Shown: positions 1-9,871, counted from the stretch's first letter. The stretch: 64,000 nt of DNA from Burkholderiales bacterium (GCA_035652275.1 DASREB010000162.1:4371-68370); one strand, 5' to 3'. The notes: generated by a model from the letters alone, not told the origin. Numbers and translations: made by a program.

Positions 1-2
1 GC

Positions 3-1280
3 AAGCGGCTGGAGCTCATCGAGGCGGAGATCAAGCGCCTCGAGCGCGAGTATGCCGACCTCGAAGAGGAATGGAAGGCGGAGAAAGCGCAGGTCCAGGG
101 CAGCCAGCAGATCAAGGAAGAGATCGAGAAGCTGCGCCTGCAGATGGACGAGGCGAAGCGCAAGGGCGACTGGCAGAAGATGTCCGAGATCCAGTACGGG
201 CGCCTGCCGCAGCTCGAGGCGCAGCTGAAGAAAGCCGAGTCGAAGACCACGGCGAAGCCGAAGCTCCTGCGTACCCAGGTCGGCGCGGAAGAGATCGCCG
301 AGGTGGTATCGCGCGCCACCGGCATCCCGGTGTCGAAGATGATGCAGGGCGAGCGCGACAAGCTCATCCACATGGAAGACAAGCTGCACGAGCGCGTCGT
401 CGGCCAGGACGAGGCGGTGCGCGTGGTGTCGGACGCCATCCGCCGCTCGCGCTCGGGCCTTGCCGACCCCAACCGGCCTTATGGCTCATTCCTGTTCCTC
501 GGACCGACCGGCGTCGGCAAGACCGAGCTCTGCAAGGCGCTGGCGGCGTTCCTGTTCGATTCGGAAGACCACCTGATCCGCATCGACATGTCGGAGTACA
601 TGGAGAAGCATTCGGTCGCGCGGCTGATCGGCGCGCCGCCGGGCTATGTCGGCTATGAAGAGGGCGGGCAGCTCACCGAGCAGGTGCGCAGAAAACCCTA
701 TTCGGTGATCCTCTTCGACGAGGTCGAGAAGGCGCATCCCGACGTCTTCAACGCGCTGCTGCAGGTGCTCGATGAGGGGCGCATGACCGATGGACAGGGA
801 CGCACGGTGGATTTCAAGAACACGGTGCTGGTCATGACCTCGAACCTCGGCTCGCAGATGATCCAGAGCATGGCGGGGAGCGACTACCAGGTGATCAAGC
901 TCGCCGTGATGGGCGAGGTGAAGTCGCAGTTCCGGCCGGAGTTCGTGAACCGCATCGACGAGATCGTCGTGTTCCACAGCCTCGGCGACGACAACATCAA
1001 GCAGATCGCGCGTATCCAGCTCGGCACGCTGAGAACGCGCCTCGCGAAGATGGACTACGGCTTCCAGATCTCGGACACCGCGGTGGCGGAGCTCGCCAAG
1101 GTCGGCTTCGACCCGGTGTACGGCGCGCGGCCGCTGAAGCGCGCGATTCAGTCCGAGGTAGAGAACCCGCTCGCCAAAGCGATCCTCGAAGGGCGCTTCG
1201 CGCCGAAGGACACGATCTACGTCGACTGGCGCGGCGGGCGGATGGTGTTCGAGAAAACGCCGCGCAAGGCCGCGGCTTGA
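3..1280 (+). CDS. clpB: ClpB disaggregase, C-terminal part (5' end outside window)
   Basis: Frame is open from the window edge ([29 protein letters not shown]...). Middle-domain coiled coil is followed by the second AAA+ module (Walker [10 protein letters not shown]) and ClpB C-terminal domain. Stop at 1278-1280. Confidence 0.95.
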   Translation, partial: KRLELIEAEIKRLEREYADLEEEWKAEKAQVQGSQQIKEEIEKLRLQMDEAKRKGDWQKMSEIQYGRLPQLEAQLKKAESKTTAKPKLLRTQVGAEEIAEVVSRATGIPVSKMMQGERDKLIHMEDKLHERVVGQDEAVRVVSDAIRRSRSGLADPNRPYGSFLFLGPTGVGKTELCKALAAFLFDSEDHLIRIDMSEYMEKHSVARLIGAPPGYVGYEEGGQLTEQVRRKPYSVILFDEVEKAHPDVFNALLQVLDEGRMTDGQGRTVDFKNTVLVMTSNLGSQMIQSMAGSDYQVIKLAVMGEVKSQFRPEFVNRIDEIVVFHSLGDDNIKQIARIQLGTLRTRLAKMDYGFQISDTAVAELAKVGFDPVYGARPLKRAIQSEVENPLAKAILEGRFAPKDTIYVDWRGGRMVFEKTPRKAAA

Positions 1281-1287
1281 GAGAAAG

Positions 1288-1323
1288 ATAGGGACGGTCC
1301 CTTCGGGACTGTCCCTATTTTTT
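1288..1323 (+). terminator. Intrinsic terminator after clpB (14-bp stem, T6 tail), built from the ATAGGGACNGTCCCTAT palindrome family
   Basis: ATAGGGACGGTCCC-TTC-GGGACTGTCCCTAT followed by TTTTTT. Lies between convergent clpB (+) and the MBL gene (-, stop at 1325). Confidence 0.7.
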
Positions 1324-1324
1324 G

Positions 1325-2905
1325 CTACTGCCCGGCGAGCTTGGAGAGCGGAGCGTAATCCGCGGTTGCGCCGTGCCCGCCGGCGAAGCGCGTGGGCTCG
1401 ATCCCGGCGCGCTTGACGGTATTCACTACGGACATGAGGGCGGCATTGGGCTTGTCCGGCAGCGGTGGGCCCGGCGTCCAGATATCCGTGACGTAGCCGA
1501 GCTTCGCATCCGGTACGTAGACCATCAGCATGCCGCGGGCGTGCGGGTTGTCGGGCATGGTGTAGGCGATCACCTGCCGGCCGCCCGAATCGCTCATCAC
1601 GTGGCTGTCGGGGACTTCGAGGATCGCGACCTGGCTGAAGTCCATCGGCTTCATGTCCGGATTGCGCGTCATCGGCGAGGCGAGCGCCTTGCGGTAATGC
1701 TGCGCCGTGCCTTGCCCGACGACCAGCACCGCGCCTTGCGCAAGGATGCCGCGCATGCCGCCCGCGTGATCCATGTGGTGATGCGTGAGGACCAGCCAGC
1801 GGATCGGCTTGCCCGGGAAGCGCTGCTGAGCCGCGTTGACCACCCAGAGCGACTGCGCATCGTTGACCGGTGCATCGACCATCACGAGGTGGTCGCTCAT
1901 CTCGACGAGCAGGCTGTTGTGCGAGCCGCCGACGACGTGGAAGACGCCCGGCGCCACCTCGTTCAGGCGCAGGCTCTGCGTCGCGCGTGTATCGAAGCTC
2001 GCGTTGTCCGAGTCGAGGTAAGTGCCGATGAATTGGCGGCGCAGCACCCATTGATAAGGCACGTTGCCCGTCGCCGGCTTCGCTGCGTCGGCGCGCAAGG
2101 CGGCCGGTACTTCGAAGCGCGCGGCATCGATCGGCTGGTTGACGCGCGCGTCGCTGTATTGGATCTCCTGCACGGGGCGGCCATTCAACTCGTAGCGGCG
2201 ATTGAACGGGACGCGGCCCGCGCCGCCGACGTCGCGCCAGTCGCTGTAGACGACGTCGTAGGTCACGTCGCCCCAGATATTGTCGTAATCGAGCGTGCGC
2301 ACAACCGCAGGCAGACCCGATTGGGGATCGAAGCCCACCGTGAATGCCTCGTAGCTCACGGCCGGATAGGAGCGGCCGTTGCTCTGCACGTCGAGCGCAG
2401 GCTGTACGCGCGCCGGATTGGCGCGCATCGCGAGGATCAGGCTGTTGATCTGACTACGGCGCATCTCGCGCTGCGAGGCGGTGAGGCGCAGGCCCGACAT
2501 CGAATGTGCCGGCGGATCCATCTTCTGGCTTTGGGCGTTGCGCCCGTTCGAGTCGACACCGAGCACATAACCCGCTTCCGGCGTCACGATCTCGCTGAAC
2601 TTGAACGTGCGCGGGGTGGGGTAGGCGAACTTGCGCTCCCAATCTGTACGGGTCATGCGCTTCATGCGGTCGGCCGTCGTGTCGAAGGTCGCCTCATTGG
2701 CGAAGCGCATTTCGCCGCCGGGCACGTCCGACTGCTCGGGTTCCCATTGCTTGGCGGCGCCGCGAATGCTGACGGTCTGCACGGCGGCCCAGCGATCACC
2801 GCCGATCGCTTCGGCAGCACGGTTGACGAGGCTCTGCTCGCGGGTCGGCTCGGCGGCGCAGCCGGCGAGCGCGAGAACGCAGCAAACGATGAGTGCGCGC
2901 TTCAT
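1325..2905 (-). CDS. Metallo-beta-lactamase-fold lipoprotein (large N-terminal domain + MBL domain)
   Basis: Start chosen at MKRALIVCCVLALAGC (lipobox), ATG 2905 preceded by a GGAGGAG SD. MBL motif LTHHHMDHAGG. The upstream part of the 568-aa ORF has no support. Confidence 0.8.
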   Translation of the reverse strand: MKRALIVCCVLALAGCAAEPTREQSLVNRAAEAIGGDRWAAVQTVSIRGAAKQWEPEQSDVPGGEMRFANEATFDTTADRMKRMTRTDWERKFAYPTPRTFKFSEIVTPEAGYVLGVDSNGRNAQSQKMDPPAHSMSGLRLTASQREMRRSQINSLILAMRANPARVQPALDVQSNGRSYPAVSYEAFTVGFDPQSGLPAVVRTLDYDNIWGDVTYDVVYSDWRDVGGAGRVPFNRRYELNGRPVQEIQYSDARVNQPIDAARFEVPAALRADAAKPATGNVPYQWVLRRQFIGTYLDSDNASFDTRATQSLRLNEVAPGVFHVVGGSHNSLLVEMSDHLVMVDAPVNDAQSLWVVNAAQQRFPGKPIRWLVLTHHHMDHAGGMRGILAQGAVLVVGQGTAQHYRKALASPMTRNPDMKPMDFSQVAILEVPDSHVMSDSGGRQVIAYTMPDNPHARGMLMVYVPDAKLGYVTDIWTPGPPLPDKPNAALMSVVNTVKRAGIEPTRFAGGHGATADYAPLSKLAGQ

Positions 2906-2993
2906 GTCTCCTCCCAGGGTTCGGCGGGCGAACACTGTCAATGTGCCACTATTGCGGCGGCGTGTGGGGTCTAAAAATTGCTGCGCAGCCGCC

Positions 2994-3611
2994 ATGCCCC
3001 GCAACCTGAATCTCACGCGCGCCGATCGCATCGGCTACGTGGTCGGCGGCATCGCTTTGATTGTGTGGGCGTTGCGCCGGCCGAGCTGGTCACGCAGCCT
3101 TGCCGCCGGTGTCGGCAGCTGGTTCCTCTATCAGGCCTACACCGGCACGAATCCGATGTTCAAGCCGCTCGGCATCCGCGTGAACCGTGAGCCGGCGCGG
3201 CCCGAGCTCGCCGAGACTCTCGTGGTCGAGGAAGCGATCACCATTTCGCGGCCGCGAGCCGAGGTCTATGCGTACTTCGCGCGGCCCGAGCATCTGCCGG
3301 CGCTCGCCGACGCCGACATCGATGTGGCGCGCAACGTCGCCGACGAGGAGCTGGCATGGCGCGGCTTTCGCGGCGAAAGGCTGGCGCATTTCGGCTCGCT
3401 CACGTTCCGCGACGCGCCCGGCGGGCGTGGGACCATCGTCGCTGCGCATCTCGAATACGCGCCAAGCGGCGGCTCGCTCGGCGCGGCGCTCGCGCGCGTG
3501 ATGGGGCGCGCGCCGCAGCGCCTCATGGGCGATGGGCTGCGGCGGGCGCGCGCCATCCTCGAGACCGGCGAGGCGCCGAGCACCCGCGGGCAGCCGAGCG
3601 GCCGGCGCTAG
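2994..3611 (+). CDS. DUF2892 (YgaP-like TM) + SRPBCC/cyclase-dehydrase-like fusion protein
   Basis: ATG at 2994. N-terminal two-TM segment ([16 protein letters not shown]...[20 protein letters not shown]) followed by about 140 aa resembling the SRPBCC ligand-binding fold. Confidence 0.55.
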   Translation: MPRNLNLTRADRIGYVVGGIALIVWALRRPSWSRSLAAGVGSWFLYQAYTGTNPMFKPLGIRVNREPARPELAETLVVEEAITISRPRAEVYAYFARPEHLPALADADIDVARNVADEELAWRGFRGERLAHFGSLTFRDAPGGRGTIVAAHLEYAPSGGSLGAALARVMGRAPQRLMGDGLRRARAILETGEAPSTRGQPSGRR

Positions 3612-3615
3612 GGCA

Positions 3616-4788
3616 ATGCGCGCGCTCTGCTGGCACGACCGGCTGGACGTGCGCGTCGAGACCGTGCCGGAGCCGAAGCTCATCAACCCGCGCGACGCCA
3701 TCGTGCGGGTCACGAGCAGCGCCATCTGCGGCTCGGATCTGCATCTCTACGGCGGCTTCGTCCCCGGCATGGTGAAGGGCGACATCCTCGGCCACGAGTT
3801 CATGGGCGAGGTCGTGGAGCTCGGCGCGGGCGTGCAGAATCTGCGAGTCGGCGACCGCGTCGTGGTGCCGTTTCCGATCGCCTGCGGCAATTGCTTTTTC
3901 TGCCGCCGGGGTCTCTTTTCCCTCTGTGAGAACTCCAATCCCAACGCCGGCATGGCGGAGAAGCTATGGGGCTACTCGCCTTGCGGCATCTACGGCTATT
4001 CGCACTTGCTTGGCGGCTATGCCGGCGGCCAGGCGGAGTACGTGCGCGTGCCCTACGCCGATGTCGGGCCGCTGATCGTGCCGAAGGATTTGCCCGATGA
4101 GCAGGCGCTCTTTCTCTCCGACATCCTGCCGACGGGGTACATGGCGGCCGAGAACTGCGCGATCGAGCGCGGCGACACCATCGCGGTCTGGGGCTGCGGA
4201 CCGGTCGGCCTGCTCGCCATCGCCTGCGCCCAATTGCTCGGCGCCGAGCGCGTCATCGCGATCGATCGCTTTCCCGAGCGGCTGCGGCTTGCGGGGCTGA
4301 AGCTCGGCGCGGAGACCATCGATTACACGGAAGCGAATGTGCTCGAGGCGCTGAAGGAGCTCACCGGCGGGCGCGGCCCGGACGCGTGCATCGATGCGGT
4401 GGGCATGGAGGCGCATGCGTACCACAGCATCGCGCATGCCTACGACCGGGTAAAGCAGGCGATGATGCTCGAGACCGATCGGCCGGTGGCGCTGCGCGAA
4501 GCGATCATGGCGTGCCGCAACGGCGGGACCATCTCGGTGGCTGGCGTCTATGGCGGCTGGATCGACAAGTTCCCCGCCGGCGCGCTGATGAACCGCTCGC
4601 TCACCATCCGCACCGGGCAGACGCACGTGCACCGTTACCTGCGGCCGCTGCTCGAGCGCATCACGAGCGGCGAGGTCGATCCGAGCTTCGTCATTACGCA
4701 CCGCCTGAGCCTCGACGAGGCGCCTGCCGCTTATCGCATGTTCCGCGACAAGCAGGACGAGTGCATCAAGGTGGTGCTGACGCCCTGA
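3616..4788 (+). CDS. Zn-dependent alcohol dehydrogenase (glutathione-independent formaldehyde-dehydrogenase-like MDR)
   Basis: MRALCWH... start 5 nt after the previous stop. Motifs [29 protein letters not shown] (structural Zn) and GCGPVGL Rossmann. Confidence 0.85.
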   Translation: MRALCWHDRLDVRVETVPEPKLINPRDAIVRVTSSAICGSDLHLYGGFVPGMVKGDILGHEFMGEVVELGAGVQNLRVGDRVVVPFPIACGNCFFCRRGLFSLCENSNPNAGMAEKLWGYSPCGIYGYSHLLGGYAGGQAEYVRVPYADVGPLIVPKDLPDEQALFLSDILPTGYMAAENCAIERGDTIAVWGCGPVGLLAIACAQLLGAERVIAIDRFPERLRLAGLKLGAETIDYTEANVLEALKELTGGRGPDACIDAVGMEAHAYHSIAHAYDRVKQAMMLETDRPVALREAIMACRNGGTISVAGVYGGWIDKFPAGALMNRSLTIRTGQTHVHRYLRPLLERITSGEVDPSFVITHRLSLDEAPAAYRMFRDKQDECIKVVLTP

Positions 4789-4792
4789 CGTT

Positions 4793-5056
4793 TTAGTGTG
4801 GGTCGGTGCCGCGGCGCAGCGGATGCACCTGCGAGCCGGCAGGTTCTGCGCGCGCGACGTACTCCTCGACATCGCGAGCGAGCTTGTCGGCGCTGCGGCG
4901 CACGCGCTGCAGCTCGCGCTCGATCAGCTCCGCGTGCTCATAAGAGGCGCCGTAGAGCTCCTGCGCCAGGCGCTCGGCTGCGCTTGCGGCGAGGCGTAGC
5001 AGCTCGACCAGGTCTTGCGCCGCGCCGAGCGCGCGGCTGCCGGATTGCGAATCCAT
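4793..5056 (-). CDS. Hypothetical small helical protein (87 aa)
   Basis: Internal ATG 5056 of the 150-aa ORF. High GC3, predicted all-helical, no recognised family. Confidence 0.35.
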   Translation of the reverse strand: MDSQSGSRALGAAQDLVELLRLAASAAERLAQELYGASYEHAELIERELQRVRRSADKLARDVEEYVARAEPAGSQVHPLRRGTDPH

Positions 5057-5120
5057 GGACGCAGCGTAGCGATGCGAGGTGAAAGGGCGCGGCCGGCCAA
5101 CTACGCCGGGCGGCGCGTCG

Positions 5121-5735
5121 TCAGCGAACGACGAGCGCGAGGACCGGGTCGCCGGGTGCACCGGCACGGATGCGCTTGCTCGACTGCAGGAGCTCTTCCC
5201 AGAGGCCGTCGGTATCCTTGCGGAACACCATTTCCAGGTCCGCATTCACTACCGTCCACAGTCCGCGGTCGATTTCGCTCTTCAGCTCGCCTGGGCGCCA
5301 GCCCACATAGCCGACGTAATAGCGCGCTTCGTTCGGCGTCGTCTCGATGACGTGGTCGATGGTGTTGGCGCGGAACGCCAGATACAGATCCGTCATGAGC
5401 GGCACGGACCCGGGGCCCGGGCTATCGTGCGCGTGCACCAGCGCGACAAGCGCGCCGCGCGAGAACGGGCCGCCGTAGTACACCGGGTCCACGACCTTCT
5501 TCGACGGCTCGTGCTCCGGGAAAAGGCTGCCGAGCGAGCGCCTGGTCGGCCGGTTGAGGATGACGCCGACGTGGCCGCCATTCGGTGCCGGTGCTGCGAT
5601 CAGCACGGTCTGCCGATACTCGAGGTCGCGGAATGCCGGATGCGCGACGAGGATCATCGCCTCGTCCTGGGCTAGCGCTGGCAAGGCGAGCGCGAGCGCG
5701 GCAAGCAGAAACAGCACGCGAAGCACGGGAGTCAT
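5121..5735 (-). CDS. YqgE/AlgH family protein with N-terminal signal peptide
   Basis: MTPVLRVLFLLAALALALPALAQ signal-like N-terminus. Core resembles UPF0301 (ILVAHP...RQTVLIA...GVILNRP...YYGGP...VGYVGWRPGELKSEI). Confidence 0.8.
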   Translation of the reverse strand: MTPVLRVLFLLAALALALPALAQDEAMILVAHPAFRDLEYRQTVLIAAPAPNGGHVGVILNRPTRRSLGSLFPEHEPSKKVVDPVYYGGPFSRGALVALVHAHDSPGPGSVPLMTDLYLAFRANTIDHVIETTPNEARYYVGYVGWRPGELKSEIDRGLWTVVNADLEMVFRKDTDGLWEELLQSSKRIRAGAPGDPVLALVVR

Positions 5736-5771
5736 GACGGCCAGTATAGCGAATGGCTCGGCGTTGGGGTG

Positions 5772-6377
5772 TCAGCGCGCGGCAATTCGCGCCGGCGCCT
5801 CGCGCGCGGTGCGCGCACCACTCGCCTGTGCGACGAGCTCGCTCCACATCGCGCTGGTGTCGCGGCGGAATGCGAGCGCCTCGGTGGCGCGCAGCACGTA
5901 CCAGCTGCCGCTGTCGATTTCCGCCTCGAGCTGCCGCGCGGCCCAGCCTGAAAAGCCGGCGTAGAGACGTAGCGGCGAGCGCCGCTCGGCGATCAGCGCT
6001 TCGATGGCCGCTGGATGCATGGTGAGGTAGACGCTTGGCAATACCTGGAACGCCGCCTCGGCCGGTGGCGTCTCGGTGCGAAAGAGCGCGATCAGCACCT
6101 CGCGCATCACCGGCCCGCCGGAATAAAGCACATCGCCGAAATCCTGCGCGCCGCGAATGCGCGGCGCGACGTCAGCGAGCTTAAGCTCGGTCGGCCGGTT
6201 GAGGATCACGCCGACGGGGCTGCCCTCGTCGGTGTGCGTGACGAGCACGACCGTTTGGCTGAAGTTCGGATCGGGCAGCCCGGGCTTCGCTATCAGCACG
6301 ATGCCGTTCGGCTGCGCGCCGAGCGGGCCGGCGAGCACGAGCGCGACAATCGCGAGCCAGCGCTGCATGGTGCGCAT
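5772..6377 (-). CDS. YqgE/AlgH family protein with N-terminal signal peptide (tandem paralog)
   Basis: MQRWLAIVALVLAGPLGAQ signal-like N-terminus. Core has VLIAKP...QTVVLVT...GVILNRP...YSGGP...AGFSGWAARQLEAEI. Confidence 0.8.
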   Translation of the reverse strand: MRTMQRWLAIVALVLAGPLGAQPNGIVLIAKPGLPDPNFSQTVVLVTHTDEGSPVGVILNRPTELKLADVAPRIRGAQDFGDVLYSGGPVMREVLIALFRTETPPAEAAFQVLPSVYLTMHPAAIEALIAERRSPLRLYAGFSGWAARQLEAEIDSGSWYVLRATEALAFRRDTSAMWSELVAQASGARTAREAPARIAAR

Positions 6378-6392
6378 TATGCGGCGCGCGGC

Positions 6393-6860
6393 TCAGGGAT
6401 GTTTACGCGCCTCGTGCCGCGGCAGCAACAGCCACAGCCAGCCAAACAGCGCGAGCGGCGCTCCGACCGCGCCGCTGGAGGTGAGCGCCGTGGTCACGAC
6501 ATACACATCGAGCGCCACGCCGAACGCGAGCGTCAGCATGCCGGCGAGCAGCAGATTGGACGCCATCCACAGGAATCGTTCGCTGACGCTCTCCGGCTCG
6601 GCAATGCGATGGATGGCGGCGGGTGTCATGACGAGCGCCATGGCGAGCGCAGTGAGGATCAGCGCGACGAGATGCACGCGCTGCACCGCCTCGGCGAGCT
6701 TCTGCGCGAAGCCCTGGTTGAACACCGCGATCAGCTGGAAGCCGAAGAGCGCCTGAATTCCGGGAATCACCATGCGGCACTCTTCGATCAGGTGGCTCGC
6801 GGCCGTATCGAGCGAGATCTTCTGCTTGCGGCCGGTGCCGAGCGGCTTCTCGAGCGCCAT
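6393..6860 (-). CDS. DUF6328-like integral membrane protein
   Basis: EECRMVIPGIQALFGFQLIAVFNQGF followed by three further hydrophobic helices. This pattern matches my memory of the DUF6328 family. Confidence 0.6.
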   Translation of the reverse strand: MALEKPLGTGRKQKISLDTAASHLIEECRMVIPGIQALFGFQLIAVFNQGFAQKLAEAVQRVHLVALILTALAMALVMTPAAIHRIAEPESVSERFLWMASNLLLAGMLTLAFGVALDVYVVTTALTSSGAVGAPLALFGWLWLLLPRHEARKHP

Positions 6861-6892
6861 GTCCCTCGGCTAGCAAGCCGCGGGCGAGCGCG

Positions 6893-7474
6893 CTAGTCCT
6901 TTCGGCGCAGCGTGCGCAAGGTGATCGAGTAGCGCAGCTCCTTCGTCGCCGGGATGCTGTGCTGCCACTGCCAGCGCGCGGCGCCGACCATCTGGTAGGC
7001 CGAGCGCGGCGCGAGCTCGAGGACCAGCGGCTTGTCTTTTCCCGGCGGATAGCGGCGCAGCCGCATGCGCGCCCAGCCGCCGAGCGACACGCCGGCGACG
7101 CATTCATAGTCGGGCGCGTCGCGATGCCAGCCAAGCGGCGTGCCCGGGCTGTATTCGGCGACGAGCGCAGTGACGAAGTCGCTCGGGGCAAGATCCATCC
7201 AGCGCGCGAGCCTCGCGCGCAGCGGCTCGAGAAACTGCGGAATGGGCGGCGCATCGCCGAGGCGGTTCGCCGAGAAGTCGTAGTCGTGCCCGAAATAGGC
7301 GACCCGTCGTCGCGCGGTGTACTCGCGGTACTTCGCCTGCTCGAGCGGCAGGCGCGCGATCTCCGCAAGGAGCGCGCGCTCCTCCTCGGCACTGAGGAAT
7401 TCCAGCTGGTAGACGAAGCCTTCGGGGAGCGCCGGCGCCGCGGCGCCAAAAAGCTCCGACTGCTCCGGCTTCAC
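6893..7474 (-). CDS. AlkB-like Fe(II)/2-oxoglutarate dioxygenase
   Basis: HRDAPDY (HxD), WQHSIP (distal His) and RYSITLR (2OG-binding Arg). Its start overlaps the upstream ORF stop (ATGA at 7471-7474). Confidence 0.8.
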   Translation of the reverse strand: MKPEQSELFGAAAPALPEGFVYQLEFLSAEEERALLAEIARLPLEQAKYREYTARRRVAYFGHDYDFSANRLGDAPPIPQFLEPLRARLARWMDLAPSDFVTALVAEYSPGTPLGWHRDAPDYECVAGVSLGGWARMRLRRYPPGKDKPLVLELAPRSAYQMVGAARWQWQHSIPATKELRYSITLRTLRRKD

Positions 7475-7809
7475 CGCGTCATCACGGCGATGAACGCGAT
7501 GCCAAGGGCAGCCACGGCGACCGCGGCGGCCACCGCGGTGAAGATCAGCACCCGGCGCAGGCGCTCGTCGGCGGCCTGCGCCGCTTTGGCAAGCGCGTTC
7601 ACCGTGTTCTCGAGTTGCGCGGCAAGCTCCTTGATGTGCGCGGACTGCTGCGAGACCGCACCCTGCAGCTCGGCGATCTGCTGCTGCACCAGGTCCTGGT
7701 TGGCGGCCGAGGGCAGCTCGCGCTTCGTGAACATCGGCTTTCCTGCCGCGATGATGTCGCCGACATGGGGGAGAACCGCTCGGAGTGCTGCCTGGATCCA
7801 GCCTGCCAT
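7471..7809 (-). CDS. Hypothetical tail-anchored coiled-coil protein (112 aa)
   Basis: ATG 7809. Heptad-like QQQIAELQGAVSQQSAHIKELAAQLENTVNALAKAAQAA, then a C-terminal TM helix VLIFTAVAAAVAVAALGIAFIAV. ATGA coupling to alkB-like gene. Confidence 0.5.
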   Translation of the reverse strand: MAGWIQAALRAVLPHVGDIIAAGKPMFTKRELPSAANQDLVQQQIAELQGAVSQQSAHIKELAAQLENTVNALAKAAQAADERLRRVLIFTAVAAAVAVAALGIAFIAVMTR

Positions 7810-7919
7810 TAGTGCCTTAGTGCCGCGCCGCGGAAAAACGTTCACCGCTCGGCATGCTGAGATTTCGCGCTTTCCGGGCAGTAACGGCGCGGCAGCATAG
7901 CGGCGCTCAGCGCCGCGCG

Positions 7920-8138
7920 CTACCGCGTCCCCTGCCTCCACGAAAACCAGCCGATGGCAAAGCCGACCGCCGCGAGCAGCGTCCAGATTACGGCGAAGCT
8001 CGCGCCGCCCGAGAGCTGGTCGGGATTGTCCAGCCCGGGTGGCGAGCTGAAGGCGTCGAGGGCGAGCCATCCGCAAATGGCGGCGAATAGCACCGCGGCC
8101 ACGGCGGCGGCGCGCGCCGAGAGCTGCGTGCTGATCAT
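7920..8138 (-). CDS. Hypothetical small two-TM membrane protein (72 aa)
   Basis: ATG 8138 overlaps the patatin stop (ATGA at 8135-8138). Two hydrophobic helices. Confidence 0.45.
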   Translation of the reverse strand: MISTQLSARAAAVAAVLFAAICGWLALDAFSSPPGLDNPDQLSGGASFAVIWTLLAAVGFAIGWFSWRQGTR

Positions 8139-9151
8139 TTCGCCATCGCGTCGCTGGTGCTCGCCGGCCGCACGCTCTTCGCCGGCAGGCTGCCCGGGCG
8201 CGGCCAGAGCGAGCGGTCGTCGAAGAACAGCGCCGCGCGCTCCTTGCCATGCTCGATCAAGCTGCGGATCAATTCCTGGTTGCGGTCGAGCTTCGACGCA
8301 TAGTCGAGCTCGAGCGCGAGCTCGACCACCCGGATGGTGATGTGCTTGTACTTCGCCTGCAGCGTGCCGTGCCTCGAGCGCAGCCGGTTCACGCGCTCGA
8401 TGAAATAGAGCTCCTGCGCGAGCGACAGGTTGCCGGCGAGCTCGTTGCGTCGATCGACGATATCGCGCACGTTCTTCGGCTCTTCCAGGCGCTGCTGCGG
8501 ATTCACCTGCAGCACCCAGATCTCGTCGGGCACGCGGGCAAGGTCGGTGAATTCGCGCACCGGCGGATTGGTGCTGAAGAGCCCGTCCCAGTAGAGCGCG
8601 TTGCCGGTATGCACCGCGCGGTAGAGGAGCGGTACCGCCGCGGAGGCGACGAGCTCGTCGTACGTGAGCGTGCGGCCGTCGAACACCGTGCGCTCGCCGC
8701 TCTGGATATTGGTCGCGCCGACCAGGAGTTGCGGCTGCGCCGGCCGCGGCGCCGGTAATCCCTCGAGGCGCAGGTGCTTTTCCAGCAATGCCCGCAGCGT
8801 CATCTCGGCGAGCGGCTCGAACATGTACGGGCTCATCTCGAGCGTCACCGGCAGCCGGGCGAACCAGACGCTCCAGAAGTTCATCGCCAGATCCACCGGG
8901 TCTTTCGCCTCGAGCTCGCGCCAGAAGCCGGCGAGCCGCCGGCGCGCATCGTCGCGCCCGCCGTGGATCAGCCCGGCCCAGGCGAGCGCCGCGCACATGG
9001 CGCCGCCCGAGGTGCCGCTCAGCGCCGCGAGCTCATAGCGCTCGGCGAAGTCGGATTCGAGCAAGCGCGAGAGCGCGCCCGCCGTGAACGCGGCGTGGCT
9101 GCCGCCGCCCTGGCAGGCGATCGCGACTCGGGGTTTCTCCTCGCGTTTCAT
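8135..9151 (-). CDS. Patatin-like phospholipase
   Basis: Oxyanion motif CQGGGSHAAF, nucleophile elbow GTSGG and catalytic Asp in YWDGLFS. Confidence 0.85.
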   Translation of the reverse strand: MKREEKPRVAIACQGGGSHAAFTAGALSRLLESDFAERYELAALSGTSGGAMCAALAWAGLIHGGRDDARRRLAGFWRELEAKDPVDLAMNFWSVWFARLPVTLEMSPYMFEPLAEMTLRALLEKHLRLEGLPAPRPAQPQLLVGATNIQSGERTVFDGRTLTYDELVASAAVPLLYRAVHTGNALYWDGLFSTNPPVREFTDLARVPDEIWVLQVNPQQRLEEPKNVRDIVDRRNELAGNLSLAQELYFIERVNRLRSRHGTLQAKYKHITIRVVELALELDYASKLDRNQELIRSLIEHGKERAALFFDDRSLWPRPGSLPAKSVRPASTSDAMAK

Positions 9152-9187
9152 GCGCGGCGGTCACTATGCTACCGCCGGCGCCGTGCG

Positions 9188-9469
9188 TCAGCTAAGGCGG
9201 CGCCACAATTTACAGGTGCCGTAGTGGATCCCGGCGCTGATGCCCCACGCCATGAACGTCGCGAGGATCTCGCCCAGGAAAACCATCAGCCCCCAGATCA
9301 GCGCACCCGCCAAGGTCGGTACGTAGACGGCTCCGTAGATCGCGGATGTCGCGAGCGGAAGCCAAAGGCAGACCGCTAGGCAGGCATTCTCCCAATACCT
9401 GCCGAACCCGAAAACCAGCCCAGCGAGAGCAGCGGCGACGACCGGCAGGTAAAGCAGCGCCGCTGTCAT
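9188..9469 (-). CDS. Hypothetical small membrane protein (93 aa, 3 TM)
   Basis: Strongly hydrophobic ORF. No recognised family. Confidence 0.45.
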   Translation of the reverse strand: MTAALLYLPVVAAALAGLVFGFGRYWENACLAVCLWLPLATSAIYGAVYVPTLAGALIWGLMVFLGEILATFMAWGISAGIHYGTCKLWRRLS

Positions 9470-9490
9470 CGCCCGCTGCCGTGCAGGTGC

Positions 9491-9871
9491 CTAGCGGCTA
9501 GCCGCCGGCAGGCTCGCGCATTTGTAGTACGCGACTTGCGCGTCCTTGAAGGCGTTGACGTTGAATCCGCCGATGCTCGCCTCGCCGGGCGCCATGATGT
9601 AGGCGTAGTTCGCGCCTTTGGCGGGCGCCGCGTCGACGGCGGCGCTCGTGACGCGCTCCATTGCGCCGACCTTGTCCATGTTGCCCTTGATACCCCACTC
9701 GGCCCGCTCCTGCGCGACCTTGGCGCAGGCGTACTCGGCCTTCGGCTCGGCTTGCCCGGCCCTCACGCGCTGGCCGGACTTCGCGGTGTAGTCCTTGACG
9801 GTAAGCCCGCCCATCGTCTGGCAGGCGGCGAGCGCGGCGGCGACAGCGCCGATTGCGATCATGCGGTACAT
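9491..9871 (-). CDS. Hypothetical lipoprotein (126 aa)
   Basis: ATG 9871 with a GGAGAA SD. Lipobox in MYRMIAIGAVAAALAAC. Confidence 0.6.
   Translation of the reverse strand: MYRMIAIGAVAAALAACQTMGGLTVKDYTAKSGQRVRAGQAEPKAEYACAKVAQERAEWGIKGNMDKVGAMERVTSAAVDAAPAKGANYAYIMAPGEASIGGFNVNAFKDAQVAYYKCASLPAASR

Noticed and set aside
71-658. 195-aa ORF overlapping clpB in another frame
   Set aside because: It lies entirely inside the clpB coding frame. The sequence is Arg/Gly/Ala-rich and has no support.
8135-9151. Patatin phospholipase as a CBASS-type defence effector
   Set aside because: There is no CD-NTase/cyclase, Cap2/Cap3, SMODS or SAVED gene anywhere nearby. Its neighbours are small membrane proteins and an AlkB-like enzyme.
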